DNA of 64,000 nucleotides from contig OZ245020.1 in assembly GCA_965223865.1 (NCBI GenBank), positions 1,696,001-1,760,000 of the forward strand, written 5' to 3'. Below are positions 49,851-59,779 of the stretch, in pieces (within the stretch, counting starts at the first letter, position 1; every line of letters begins with the position of its first letter). Origin of the DNA: Nitrosarchaeum sp. GTDB lineage: Archaea; Thermoproteota; Nitrososphaeria; Nitrososphaerales; Nitrosopumilaceae. The position numbers and the translations under genes are program-made. Under the pieces are notes generated by a model. It was not told where the DNA came from, searched no databases, and saw only the letters and a list, made by a program, of their open reading frames with translations.

Positions 49851-51119
49851 CTAAAAATTATAAAATCTAGTAATCATAAATACAATTGCAAAACCAATAA
49901 GGAATAAGATTCCTGCCAAACTTAAGATTTTCAGATAAATTGAAGGCTGTAACTCTTTCTTCAAAAATTTTCCAGTAACTAATCTATAGTTAAAAATTGC
50001 AATTATAGGTGCAATCACAAAAGACAACACAGTTGCAAAGTCAACCAGTTCTTTTAGATTATCTCCAAACTGAAATATTACAACCAATGAACCTGTGGAT
50101 ATTATTAACAAAAATAAGATGTAAAACGTACGGACTTTAGTACGAAGAACATTTTCTTTTTTTGTAAAAATTAAATCCACAGTTTGTTGTAAGGACCTAG
50201 AATATCCGTCAAAAACAGCTATGATTGTTCCAAACATGACAGTAAAAGCTGAAGCAGATATTATCAGGTAGCTCCAGTCTCCAATAGTTTGAGTGTAAAG
50301 GGTCACAATTTTGTGCGCAAAATTTGCATTATTGTTGGGTAGTTCTTCACCTGAACCATAGAAGATAAATGCTCCAAGTGTTACAAACATAATGGCAAGA
50401 ATTCCAGTTATCAGATATGCCAATCGAAACTCAAATAGGGTTTCGGTTAATTTTGGCCGATAGTTGGTCTGTTTCATTCTTTCCAAAGTCCACAAACTAT
50501 TCCAACTTGAAAGATCAATGGCAGTTGGCATCCATCCCATCAATGCCAATAAGAAAAATATTCCAGAGGCATTCCAGAGTTCTTTTTGTTTAAAATCAGG
50601 AACTGGTTCTATTGGCCCATTCCACAGAGTAAGCAAAAATGCAGATACCGTAGAAACTAAAAGAACTATTGCAACAATCTTGATCAAACTATCAAGTGCC
50701 TTATATTTTCCAATTGCCAGAATCAAAACACAAATTACAAATAAAATGAAAACGGTCCACTCTCCAAGAAATGCAATTCCAAATAGATTTTCAAAAAAGC
50801 CAGTTGTTACAAATCCAACAGCTCCTGTAACAAAAAACATTGAAGAAATAGTTAAAAGAAAATAAAGCCACAAAGCAGGCTTACCTAATTTCTTATAACC
50901 ATCAATAATGCTTGATTGGGTCACATTTGCGTAACGAGAACCAAATTCAAAGAAAGGATATTTTATCAATGTGGCCAAAATTACAAATCCCAATAACAGT
51001 AAACCAAAATCAGCCCCAGCTCTAGTGGATTGAACAAGATGAGACACTCCAATTGCAGTACTTGCGAATAAAATACCAGGTCCAGCAGTTTTTGAAAAGG
51101 AAGAAAACTTTTCTTTCAA
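49851..51119 (-). CDS. NRAMP-related divalent metal transporter
   Basis: GPGILFASTAIGVSHLVQSTRAGA, LMGWMP; about 11 TM helices. Confidence 0.85.
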   Translation of the reverse strand: MKEKFSSFSKTAGPGILFASTAIGVSHLVQSTRAGADFGLLLLGFVILATLIKYPFFEFGSRYANVTQSSIIDGYKKLGKPALWLYFLLTISSMFFVTGAVGFVTTGFFENLFGIAFLGEWTVFILFVICVLILAIGKYKALDSLIKIVAIVLLVSTVSAFLLTLWNGPIEPVPDFKQKELWNASGIFFLLALMGWMPTAIDLSSWNSLWTLERMKQTNYRPKLTETLFEFRLAYLITGILAIMFVTLGAFIFYGSGEELPNNNANFAHKIVTLYTQTIGDWSYLIISASAFTVMFGTIIAVFDGYSRSLQQTVDLIFTKKENVLRTKVRTFYILFLLIISTGSLVVIFQFGDNLKELVDFATVLSFVIAPIIAIFNYRLVTGKFLKKELQPSIYLKILSLAGILFLIGFAIVFMITRFYNF

Positions 51120-51203
51120 TTTAAAAATCCTTCAAAAAGAAAGCATATAGCCTAAAATTCAAACGAGTTAGAGCAACTTGTATTTCTTCCATGTAATTTG
51201 AAA

Positions 51204-51575
51204 TTAGACAGGGTTAACCTTCCAATTTTCATCAACCCATACGCCAATTACATTAACACCTAAATTCCATGAAGAAATTACCTCCACGCTCTTTTTGACT
51301 TGAGTAAAGTGTTCCTCATTAGATACAGGGTTTCCTGCACAATCAAAGTGGCCAGATACCACAATTAATCCAGATTTATGGGCATTAATTGAGATTGCAA
51401 CTTTTGATTTAATTGATTCGAGATCAGAAGCTCCCGCGACTTTCTTATCTACTCCTGGTTCAGTAATGGCATCAACATAGTCAACTGAATGATTTTCTTT
51501 AATCCAGTTTGCCAATGGAATTTGTATTCTACCATCCATACATGAAATTGATGTGGCAAATTTTCCTTCACTCAT
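51204..51575 (-). CDS. putative beta-type carbonic anhydrase-like Zn protein
   Basis: CMDGR...ITEPG...GHFDCAGN Zn-ligand set. Confidence 0.78.
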   Translation of the reverse strand: MSEGKFATSISCMDGRIQIPLANWIKENHSVDYVDAITEPGVDKKVAGASDLESIKSKVAISINAHKSGLIVVSGHFDCAGNPVSNEEHFTQVKKSVEVISSWNLGVNVIGVWVDENWKVNPV

Positions 51576-51608
51576 TATGATCTGATTCTAACAAAGGTCA
51601 TACTTAAA

Positions 51609-52163
51609 TTATTTTTTATGTAAATAACATCCACAGGTATGATCATTTACCATTCCTATAGCTTGCATTAAAGCATAACAAATTGTAGGCCCAACAAAAG
51701 AAAAACCACGTTTTTTAAGATCAGCACTTAATTGCTTAGATATTTCAGTTGATGCGGGTAAATCAGATAATTTTTTGAAATTGTTGTAAATTGGTTTGTA
51801 ATTTACAAATCTCCAGATATATCTATCAAAGGAGCCAAATTCGTCTTGAATTTTTAAAAAGTATTGGGCATTTTTGATTGCAGACATAATCTTGAGTCTA
51901 TTTCTAATAATTGAATCATTTTTGAGAAGCTTTGAGATGCTTTTTTCATTGAATTTTGCTACTTTGCTTGGATCAAAATTAGAGAATGCCTTTCTATAGT
52001 CTTCTCTTCTTTTTAGAATTGTAATCCAAGAAAGGTCAGCCTGAGCACCCTCTAGAATTAAAAATTCAAAGATCTTTTGATCATTATGTTCAGGTTGTCC
52101 CCATTCGTTATCATGGTACGAAATGTTTGGTTCTTCTTTTGCCCATTCACATCTTTTTATCAT
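51609..52163 (-). CDS. tag: DNA-3-methyladenine glycosylase I
   Basis: RCEW, YHDNEWG, LSW.TIL, IIRNRLKI, FVGPTICYA.MQA.G.VNDH..GC. Confidence 0.93.
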   Translation of the reverse strand: MIKRCEWAKEEPNISYHDNEWGQPEHNDQKIFEFLILEGAQADLSWITILKRREDYRKAFSNFDPSKVAKFNEKSISKLLKNDSIIRNRLKIMSAIKNAQYFLKIQDEFGSFDRYIWRFVNYKPIYNNFKKLSDLPASTEISKQLSADLKKRGFSFVGPTICYALMQAIGMVNDHTCGCYLHKK

Positions 52164-52246
52164 ATATGAATTTTATAGAATGGGTTCAAATGTTTTTTCA
52201 ATATCAACTACTTAAGATTAATAATCGTATTCAGAGTCATTTCATT

Positions 52247-52672
52247 ATGAAATCTAATCAGCAGTTGATTCAGATAAATCGTAATTTTTTGATTTGCTTT
52301 GTTGTTTCTGCTTCGCTTTCTGCAGTTATAGCTCAATTATTATCAGATTATGAAAATCATCTCAACACAACAATTACAATTGTAATGGGCTATGTAATTT
52401 ATTTTGGAATTTTCTCATGCTTGTTTTATCTTGATAACAGAAACAGATACAAGCAAATGAGTACAAGATTGGTTAAAAAAGAACTACTTGGTTTGATTTC
52501 TTCCTTTGGAGTAGGTGAAATAATATACCTTGGAATTAGGTGGCCCACACTTTATTATTTTTTAGAGATTCAAATAGAACCATTTATGGCATCAATAATT
52601 TCAGAAATAATTGCTACAGTGTGTTATATGACAGCAGTTACGCTATTTTTAAGAAAAGCAAAAGTGTTTTAA
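52247..52672 (+). CDS. 4-TM membrane protein (GtrA-like)
   Basis: ATG 52247; four hydrophobic helices. Confidence 0.65.
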   Translation: MKSNQQLIQINRNFLICFVVSASLSAVIAQLLSDYENHLNTTITIVMGYVIYFGIFSCLFYLDNRNRYKQMSTRLVKKELLGLISSFGVGEIIYLGIRWPTLYYFLEIQIEPFMASIISEIIATVCYMTAVTLFLRKAKVF

Positions 52673-53037
52673 AAACATGATAATTTCAGATCTGAATCAA
52701 ACAAAACCAGAGTTGTGGTGCTAAGCATTGCACCGAATCTATTTTCGTATGAAAAAACATCAATGCTTTGAAATTTACAAAAGAATTTGAATGCTAATTG
52801 CCAAAGCTATTAACACAAATGCAGTGCCAGCAATTTTTGAATATTGCATGATTTCAAGATTTTCAGGTAGAATTTATAATTATTGAAAAAATCTAACTTG
52901 ACTAAGTAAAGGGTCTGAAAATATTTTGATAAACGGTAGTTTTTGAATATTCAATAGAGCTTCTAAATATAAGAAAACTCCTAGAGACGAAATTATAGAA
53001 ACAAATTTCATTATGATCATACTAAATCAAACAAATA

Positions 53038-54032
53038 ATGAATCTTGAAAGAATTCAATTAGCAGCAGATCTAGAGATTTGCAGAGTAGTAAATGGAATG
53101 TGGCAGGTGGACACGGTCAGATAAATGAGGATTCTGCAATATCTGAAATGATCGAATATCATAATTTGGGGTTTAATACATGGGATATGGCAGACATTTA
53201 TGGGCCAGCAGAACTATTTTTTGGTAAATTTAAAAAAAAGATTAAAAACAAAGAAAAGAAATTGTCAGAAACACAAGGCCTTACAAAATTTGTTCCCTCT
53301 CCAGGATCCATGAGCAAATCCATCGTGGAATATTTTGTAGACCAATCAATTAAGAGGATGAACATAGAATCAATTGATTTGTTGCAATTTCATTGGTGGG
53401 ATTATAACAATTCAAGTTATATTGATGCAATGGAACATTTATCAAATTTACGTGATGCAGGAAAGATTAAACAGATAGGACTAACAAATTTCAACACCAG
53501 AATCACTGAGAAAATCCTACAACAAGGATTCAAGTGTATCTCTCATCAAGTACAGTATTCGATTTTAGATCAACGACCAGAAAGTATGATGATTCCACTT
53601 TGTCAGAAACACAATATCAAATTACTTATCTATGGAACTCTTCTTGGAGGATTTTTTTCTGAAAGATATCTAAATGAAACAGAACCAACAAGATCTGATC
53701 TTACCACTCTTAGCCTACAAAAATGCAAAAACATGATAGATCTTTGGGGAGGATGGAAATTATTCCAAGAACTTTTGGAAGTTTTAAATCAAGTTGCAAA
53801 AAAACACAAATCAAGCATTTCAAATGTTGCAACGAGATTCATTTTAGATAAACCATGTGTTGCAGGTACAATAATAGGAACCAGATTAGGAATATCAGAA
53901 CATAAAATAGATAATCTTAAGGTATTTGGTTTGAAACTGGACAAAGAAGATCAAGATAACATCAAAACAGTTACCTCAAAGTCAAATGATCTTCTGGAAG
54001 TAATTGGAGATTGTGGAGATGAATATAGATAA
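53038..54032 (+). pseudogene. aldo/keto reductase, frameshifted near codon 24
   Basis: MNLERIQLAADLEICRVVNGMWQV in the frame of 53038; AGGHG...DMADIYG...IDLLQFHWWDY continues in another frame. Confidence 0.75.
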
Positions 54033-54303
54033 AATTTCCAACATATGAAAAAAGTAAGATTGTTATTGATTTCTTAAATATTTTGAGACCAGAATTGTAT
54101 CAGAAGAGTTTGCATTTTGAAATCATGGGAATCTGGACAATACTTTCTGTTGATCATAAAGGACAAGAAAAACATCCATGTTGTATTGGAAGTTCAGATG
54201 ATCATAACTTGAACCCTACTGAGAAGAATGTGGTTTTGGATGCCTACTCAATCATGTCAGGTTATGGAATCAAAGGAAAAAATCTTGAAAAAAAATATTT
54301 TTT

Positions 54304-55263
54304 CTAATTTCCTTCTATCTTACACTTTGATTCACCAGGTAAACAATAAACCTGAAATTTGAAGAGAGTAGTTTTTGATGATTCGCCATGTGTCACACTG
54401 ATAAACGTTAAAAGGGTCTCCAAATCATCAAAAGATTTTGGAATCTCCCATGAGAAAATAAAATTTCCCTCAGAATTTGTAAATCCTTCAAATTCTCTAA
54501 TTATATCTTCTCCATAATCTTCTATTCTTAGCGTAACCTTTGCGCCCTCTATTGGGGCAATTCCATCAGTTACATGAGAAATAATAGTATGTGTAGTTCC
54601 CCTTCTTACCATCTGGTCACCTTGAACATAGATTTGAAGATTAGATTGATGCAGAGTATCTCTTATGATAATATTGATTAAGTTCTGATCAATAAGAAAT
54701 CGTAGAGAGTTTAGGAATTCATGATCAGTTATCTTTTTTTCAACCCACCATTGAAAATTTGTTTCAAACCATAACGGAACAGATGTGGTAATCGCATCAT
54801 TTCCGAGACGAAAATATGTTGAAGTCATATTTTGACTGCCAAAATTTGCTAAAACTGTATACAAGCCTCTTTGAGAATTACTATCTATTAGAAAATATGT
54901 AACGTACTTTCCGGTTTCCAATAAAGGAGTTTGGATTACTTCATGGGAATTATCAGGTTTTATTATGGTAAGAGATACAGGTCCTGTTTTTCCGTAATCG
55001 TTTATCTGTCCTGAGATCTTCACAAAAAGGAGTTTCCCTTTTTCTGGAATTGTATAGAATTGAGCATTTTCATAAACGGTCTTTGGTAAAATTTTCTCTC
55101 TTGCCATATCTTTTAAAATAGATATTACAATATCAGAGGGGTAATCTTCATACAAAATTTTTTCTGCATTGTTTTTTATGTAGAGTGGAATTTCACTTTC
55201 TGAATATGCAGATGTAAATAAGGACATTCCAGACACAAGCACCACAATTATCATAATTTTCAT
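54304..55263 (-). CDS. exported protein with thaumarchaeal 'VP.WF..N..WW....I.D.EF' domain
   Basis: Signal peptide; VPLWFETNFQWWVEKKITDHEFLNSLRFLI; Ig-like segments. Confidence 0.8.
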   Translation of the reverse strand: MKIMIIVVLVSGMSLFTSAYSESEIPLYIKNNAEKILYEDYPSDIVISILKDMAREKILPKTVYENAQFYTIPEKGKLLFVKISGQINDYGKTGPVSLTIIKPDNSHEVIQTPLLETGKYVTYFLIDSNSQRGLYTVLANFGSQNMTSTYFRLGNDAITTSVPLWFETNFQWWVEKKITDHEFLNSLRFLIDQNLINIIIRDTLHQSNLQIYVQGDQMVRRGTTHTIISHVTDGIAPIEGAKVTLRIEDYGEDIIREFEGFTNSEGNFIFSWEIPKSFDDLETLLTFISVTHGESSKTTLFKFQVYCLPGESKCKIEGN

Positions 55264-55373
55264 TAATACTAAATTATCAACTAGTTATTGTCTCTATTAT
55301 CTTTAAAAACCAATTAAGAATATTATCAGCTAAATCCTAAATAAAATAAATACTTCTTAAAGATCTCAAAAAC

Positions 55374-55550
55374 ATGGCAAAAAGTCTTAGTTGTGCAGAT
55401 GCCGGAGCAGATTGTGGATGGTCTGCAACTGCAGAAACCGAAGAAGAGTTAATGGCAAAAGCCACAGAACATGTCAAAGAATCACATAAAGAACTGCAAG
55501 TAAATCCAGAACTTGCTGAAAAAATAAAATCACTCATAAAAGACGTATAG
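55374..55550 (+). CDS. DUF1059 family small metal-binding protein
   Basis: MAKSLSCADAGADCGW.A.AETEEELM..A.EHVKESH; not in ORF track. Confidence 0.85.
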   Translation: MAKSLSCADAGADCGWSATAETEEELMAKATEHVKESHKELQVNPELAEKIKSLIKDV

Positions 55551-55784
55551 AAAAAATATTTTTCTTTTTTTCTTAAATTTGCATAATCTAAACATTTTGG
55601 TTTTAAATCAACTTCAACTAACTTCAAAGTAGGAATTTTTAGTAATCAAAACAAAAGAAAAGAGGTTAACAATAGTAATTTTTTTCATTTTTGATTTAAT
55701 ATTCGGTTTTGACTATATTGAAAGAGTATGATTAATTATATTCGTAAAAGAAGTGCACCAAAATTAAGGTATGATGATCTATTA

Positions 55785-56036
55785 TCAGCTACCACGTACA
55801 GTAACTTGATTTCCTACTGAATGATTAATTCCTACTACTTTTCCAGGATTAGTTGTAATTACCATCAAGGTCTCACAAGAAAGACAGAGAATAGATGGGA
55901 CATAATCAGCATATTTCTCAGAGGGACCAGTGGTAGCTAATACTGCATCATCTTTAAGATCCGACTTACCGCAATTAACACATTGAGAGAGGCGGTGTGA
56001 AATATGCTTTATTTTGTTGACATAGTAATGAACCAA
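55785..56036 (-). CDS. small Zn-ribbon protein
   Basis: CVNC...CLSC. Confidence 0.65.
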   Translation of the reverse strand: MVHYYVNKIKHISHRLSQCVNCGKSDLKDDAVLATTGPSEKYADYVPSILCLSCETLMVITTNPGKVVGINHSVGNQVTVRGS

Positions 56037-56110
56037 GACACATAAACTGCAAAATAAGAGTTCTTAAATTATTTGGTATTTTAAAAAAATATCAAAGGAA
56101 GAAAAGGAAA

Positions 56111-56377
56111 ATGACATCGTTTATTGATAAGAAAAAAGACAACGAGGTTTCAAATAAAAATGAATCAATCACAACAGAAGAATTAAAGTTGTTCTTTCCT
56201 CCTTTAAAGAAAGACAAAGGTTTTGAGTATTCTGGAAAGTGCAATTATTGTGATGTTGAGATTAATTTTTCAGATATCTCAGAAATTAAAATCAAGTTAC
56301 AAAAAAATGGTTCACGAAAATTTTCTCTTTATCATAATGGATGTTACGATAGATATTTGAGAAGAACTATTGATTGA
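56111..56377 (+). CDS. small Zn-binding protein
   Basis: CNYC...YHNGC. Confidence 0.65.
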   Translation: MTSFIDKKKDNEVSNKNESITTEELKLFFPPLKKDKGFEYSGKCNYCDVEINFSDISEIKIKLQKNGSRKFSLYHNGCYDRYLRRTID

Positions 56378-56384
56378 ATTAGAA

Positions 56385-56639
56385 TTATTTTTTTAATTCT
56401 ATGTATTCTATATTTTCTCCACAATATGGACAGTAATTCATTGGAAAAAAGGCAATATTGCCATCTGCACTAATATCTTTAAAGTAAAGCTTTGCCCATT
56501 TAATGTTCCATAGTTGAAAATGTTTGTCATGCTCCTTTAGTTGTTTACAACACCACCACGTTCTGTGGTTATTTACTCTAAATTCTGTGAATTTCCCACA
56601 TGTAGGATCATCGAAATATCTGTTATAGAAAATTTTCAA
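56385..56639 (-). CDS. small Cys-rich protein
   Basis: WWCC...NYCPYCG. Confidence 0.7.
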   Translation of the reverse strand: MKIFYNRYFDDPTCGKFTEFRVNNHRTWWCCKQLKEHDKHFQLWNIKWAKLYFKDISADGNIAFFPMNYCPYCGENIEYIELKK

Positions 56640-56721
56640 TGTAAATCATTAGTTGAATTGCAATTACATTCATTTAACTTCAACAGTAGATTATAAGAGG
56701 TAAAATCTCTACATTACATAA

Positions 56722-58431
56722 TTAAAAGAATAGAACTTGTGATAATTTCATTATAAATAATTCAAAGACATTTAGTTTCGTATCTTTTTGTCCCCATCTA
56801 AACGGTTCAGAATATTCATTGATGATTTTACAAAAAACATCATCAAGATAATCTTTTACAGGATTATCCAGATTTGAATCATCGTCGTCGATATTTTTGA
56901 GATATGTGATATGATTTATCTCCCACATGTTATGTGCTCTACCTGCAGGATTGTAGCTTCCCCCAAATTTTACGTATTTTTTCTTGCCATCCTTTTCATA
57001 TATGACAACCATCTGCTTTGCATGAAGCATTTCATGAGTTACATTTCCATCATTTACCGCAAACTGTTTTGTTTCAACAATCCTGTTTTTTCTCATAAAA
57101 TAGGCATAATATTTTGATACTTCTGCAATAATTGCATTTTCTTGTTTCTTTGGAAAAATGACATGAACTTTTTTATTTTCTTCTAGATGCTTTGTGACTT
57201 TATTTTCCAATTCTTCATCAGAGATGTGTAGATTTTTATTTTTGATTTGTTTTTTTACCCTGCTGTATTGTTTTTGTTCTAATCTGTTAGCAGCAGTAAC
57301 TAAGGCTCTTGCAATTTTATCATCTGAAAAATAAGGAGTCATGATAAAGATTTCACTAACATCATCTCTTAACAACAAATCATGATAATCTTTTTGTGCA
57401 TCTTGAACATATCCTGGAACGTTTACAGATATCTCCATTGATAGATTTCCAGAATTTGTAAAATTTGGAAGGAATTTCTCATTAAGAATTTTTCTATCCA
57501 TCTCATAGATTTGTGTGATTTCATCTCCTTGATCAAATAGATTTCTGCGTTGATTTGCCATCAATAGAAATGACATAAGGGTCAATGTTCTAACAAATGG
57601 TCCCTCTATCAGATCCATTTGATCATACAATGTCTTGATGAATTGAGATTCTATTCCTATTCCACCTAAAAATGCAGCTTTACCATCAAATATCCATAAT
57701 TTTATATGATTTGCAGCCAAAAAATCCGAAGACAGTGGATTCCAACTGTCATTAATTCTAACATCAATTCCAACACTTTTCATTTGTTTAATCATTTCAA
57801 GAGTTTTGTTTTGAAAGTCATCAACCAGATCAGGGTCCTGAACAAAAATAGAGACAAAACCATCAATCAAAAGACCAACATACATGTCAGGATTGTTTTG
57901 TTTTTTTTCTATCAGTCGTTTGCTTACTTCAATGCCATACTCGTCTGCTTTAAATCCAAGTTCAATACCAACTATTGATTTTGAGCTCTTGTTATCAATC
58001 CAATCATAGAGTCCATTAGGACTGGTATTCCAATGTTCTCCCATAGGTCCTCCATTCATGAAGGGAAGCATAGAGTTTCCCTTAACAGGCGTGATATTGG
58101 TAAAACATGCTACATCTTTACGAGAAATTTTCTTGTCATGGATAATTTTGTCTAATACTTGTAAATGCATTTCATCAGAAGAGATCGTCGGTCTTCTTCC
58201 AAGCAATCCACCAAGCGAGCGAATTATATCTCCAATTAGATGAATTACAGAAATTCTATCAATGAATTCTTCGCCAATTGTTTGAACAATATCATCGTCA
58301 TAATAATGATTTATGTTACCTTCTCGATTTTGGGATTCAAGTTTCCATAATTTTTTTTGCTGGAATTTTTTATAGAGTCTTGACTTTGAAGAATCAAGAA
58401 ATTTTTTGTTTTTAGAAAATATGTTTTTCAA
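56722..58431 (-). CDS. phospholipase D superfamily protein (cardiolipin synthase-like)
   Basis: NHIKLWIFDGKAAFLGG (HKD1), MTPYF, LHAKQMV...GGSYN...WE.N (degenerate HKD2). Confidence 0.82.
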   Translation of the reverse strand: MKNIFSKNKKFLDSSKSRLYKKFQQKKLWKLESQNREGNINHYYDDDIVQTIGEEFIDRISVIHLIGDIIRSLGGLLGRRPTISSDEMHLQVLDKIIHDKKISRKDVACFTNITPVKGNSMLPFMNGGPMGEHWNTSPNGLYDWIDNKSSKSIVGIELGFKADEYGIEVSKRLIEKKQNNPDMYVGLLIDGFVSIFVQDPDLVDDFQNKTLEMIKQMKSVGIDVRINDSWNPLSSDFLAANHIKLWIFDGKAAFLGGIGIESQFIKTLYDQMDLIEGPFVRTLTLMSFLLMANQRRNLFDQGDEITQIYEMDRKILNEKFLPNFTNSGNLSMEISVNVPGYVQDAQKDYHDLLLRDDVSEIFIMTPYFSDDKIARALVTAANRLEQKQYSRVKKQIKNKNLHISDEELENKVTKHLEENKKVHVIFPKKQENAIIAEVSKYYAYFMRKNRIVETKQFAVNDGNVTHEMLHAKQMVVIYEKDGKKKYVKFGGSYNPAGRAHNMWEINHITYLKNIDDDDSNLDNPVKDYLDDVFCKIINEYSEPFRWGQKDTKLNVFELFIMKLSQVLFF

Positions 58432-58544
58432 TTATTAAATAATAGAATATGCAGAATAATAAAAACATGCCAATCATGAATAATATTTTTTTAAATTAAT
58501 TTACAGATCTAAACTTGAGTAATGCAGTTTTTAATAATATATTG

Positions 58545-58612
58545 AATCTCTGATGAAAAAATCACCTTCTGAGATCAAGCATCTTTGTGATGAAAGTATA
58601 GCCTCTAAACAT
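58545..58612 (+). ncRNA. possible C/D-box sRNA
   Basis: CTGATGA-12nt-CTGA-short hairpin-GTGATGA-11nt-CTAA. Confidence 0.4.
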
Positions 58613-58795
58613 CTAAAGTCCCGTTATATGAAATCAATTGGACAAAGAAAAAATTAGATTTTGACTTTTAGATTAAATGATTCCTTTGATCAATAACAAT
58701 CTCAGAGAATCACAATTTTAATTGCTAGCATTATCTAAACAGGATCATAATTAGAAACAACATAGTTAATAATTTATAAAATCATATCATAAGGA

Positions 58796-59719
58796 TTGGT
58801 CAATAAAATTATCATTCCTTCAATCATCATGGCAATAATTCTTAGTGCAACTGGTACTGCATATTATTATGATCTAGATGAAGACGAAGGAGATCCTGTT
58901 ATTGATTTTGACGCAGAATCAGAAGATTATCTGGAAATACATTTTATTGATGTAAGACAAGGTGATTCAACCTTAATGATAACTCCTAGCGGATATTCAA
59001 TATTAGTAGATGGAGGAAATAATGGAAGAGGTCATGAAGTAGCAAATTACATCCAAGGGTTAGGAATTGATGAAATAGATTTGATGGTTGCAACTCATCC
59101 TGATGCAGATCATATAGGAGGATTAGATGAAATAATTTCCACAATGCCTGTGAATCACGTAATGGACAATGGACAAGAGCATCCTAATCACACCAAAACA
59201 TATCAAGATCATATGATAGCAATTGAAGGAATTGAGCGTACTATTGTTCGTGAGGACATATTATGGGTGATAAATGACGACACAAGAATAGAAGTCATTG
59301 TCCCATATGATGACGGTGCAGGCCTGAAACGAGATCTGAACTCGAATTCTATTTTGATCAAGACCTCATATGGTGGAACATCTGTTCTATTAACAGGGGA
59401 CTGTGAAAAGATTTGCGAAAATAGAATTCTGGCAGGAGATATTGATGACTCCATCGGAGACGACATTAATGTCGACATTCTCAAAGTTGGCCATCATGGA
59501 AGTGAGACATCAACATCTGATGAATTCCTTTCTGAAACAGATCCTACATTTGCAGTAATTAGTGTTGGAAAAAATCAGTGGGGACTGCCGAAGGATTCAA
59601 TTTTGGAAAAGTTAGAAGAACATCGCGCAGATGTTTATAGAACTGATGAAAATGGAACAATAATAGTTACAATAGATGAAAACGGAAATGTGTTACTTGG
59701 ACTTTTCAATGAACAGTAA
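58796..59719 (+). CDS. ComEC/Rec2-type metallo-beta-lactamase fold hydrolase, membrane anchored
   Basis: HFIDVRQGDST, THPDADHIGG, LTGD, KVGHHGS, YRTDENG. Confidence 0.92.
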   Translation: MVNKIIIPSIIMAIILSATGTAYYYDLDEDEGDPVIDFDAESEDYLEIHFIDVRQGDSTLMITPSGYSILVDGGNNGRGHEVANYIQGLGIDEIDLMVATHPDADHIGGLDEIISTMPVNHVMDNGQEHPNHTKTYQDHMIAIEGIERTIVREDILWVINDDTRIEVIVPYDDGAGLKRDLNSNSILIKTSYGGTSVLLTGDCEKICENRILAGDIDDSIGDDINVDILKVGHHGSETSTSDEFLSETDPTFAVISVGKNQWGLPKDSILEKLEEHRADVYRTDENGTIIVTIDENGNVLLGLFNEQ

Positions 59720-59779
59720 CACACAGAATTAATATTCACTACAGAGTATTTTTATATCATCATAAGAACAAAACTTCGA

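Noticed and set aside
54083-54307. 74-aa ORF
   Set aside because: TTG start, no motif, possibly a gene remnant; cannot be supported
55337-55627. 96-aa minus-strand ORF
   Set aside because: Antisense to the DUF1059 gene
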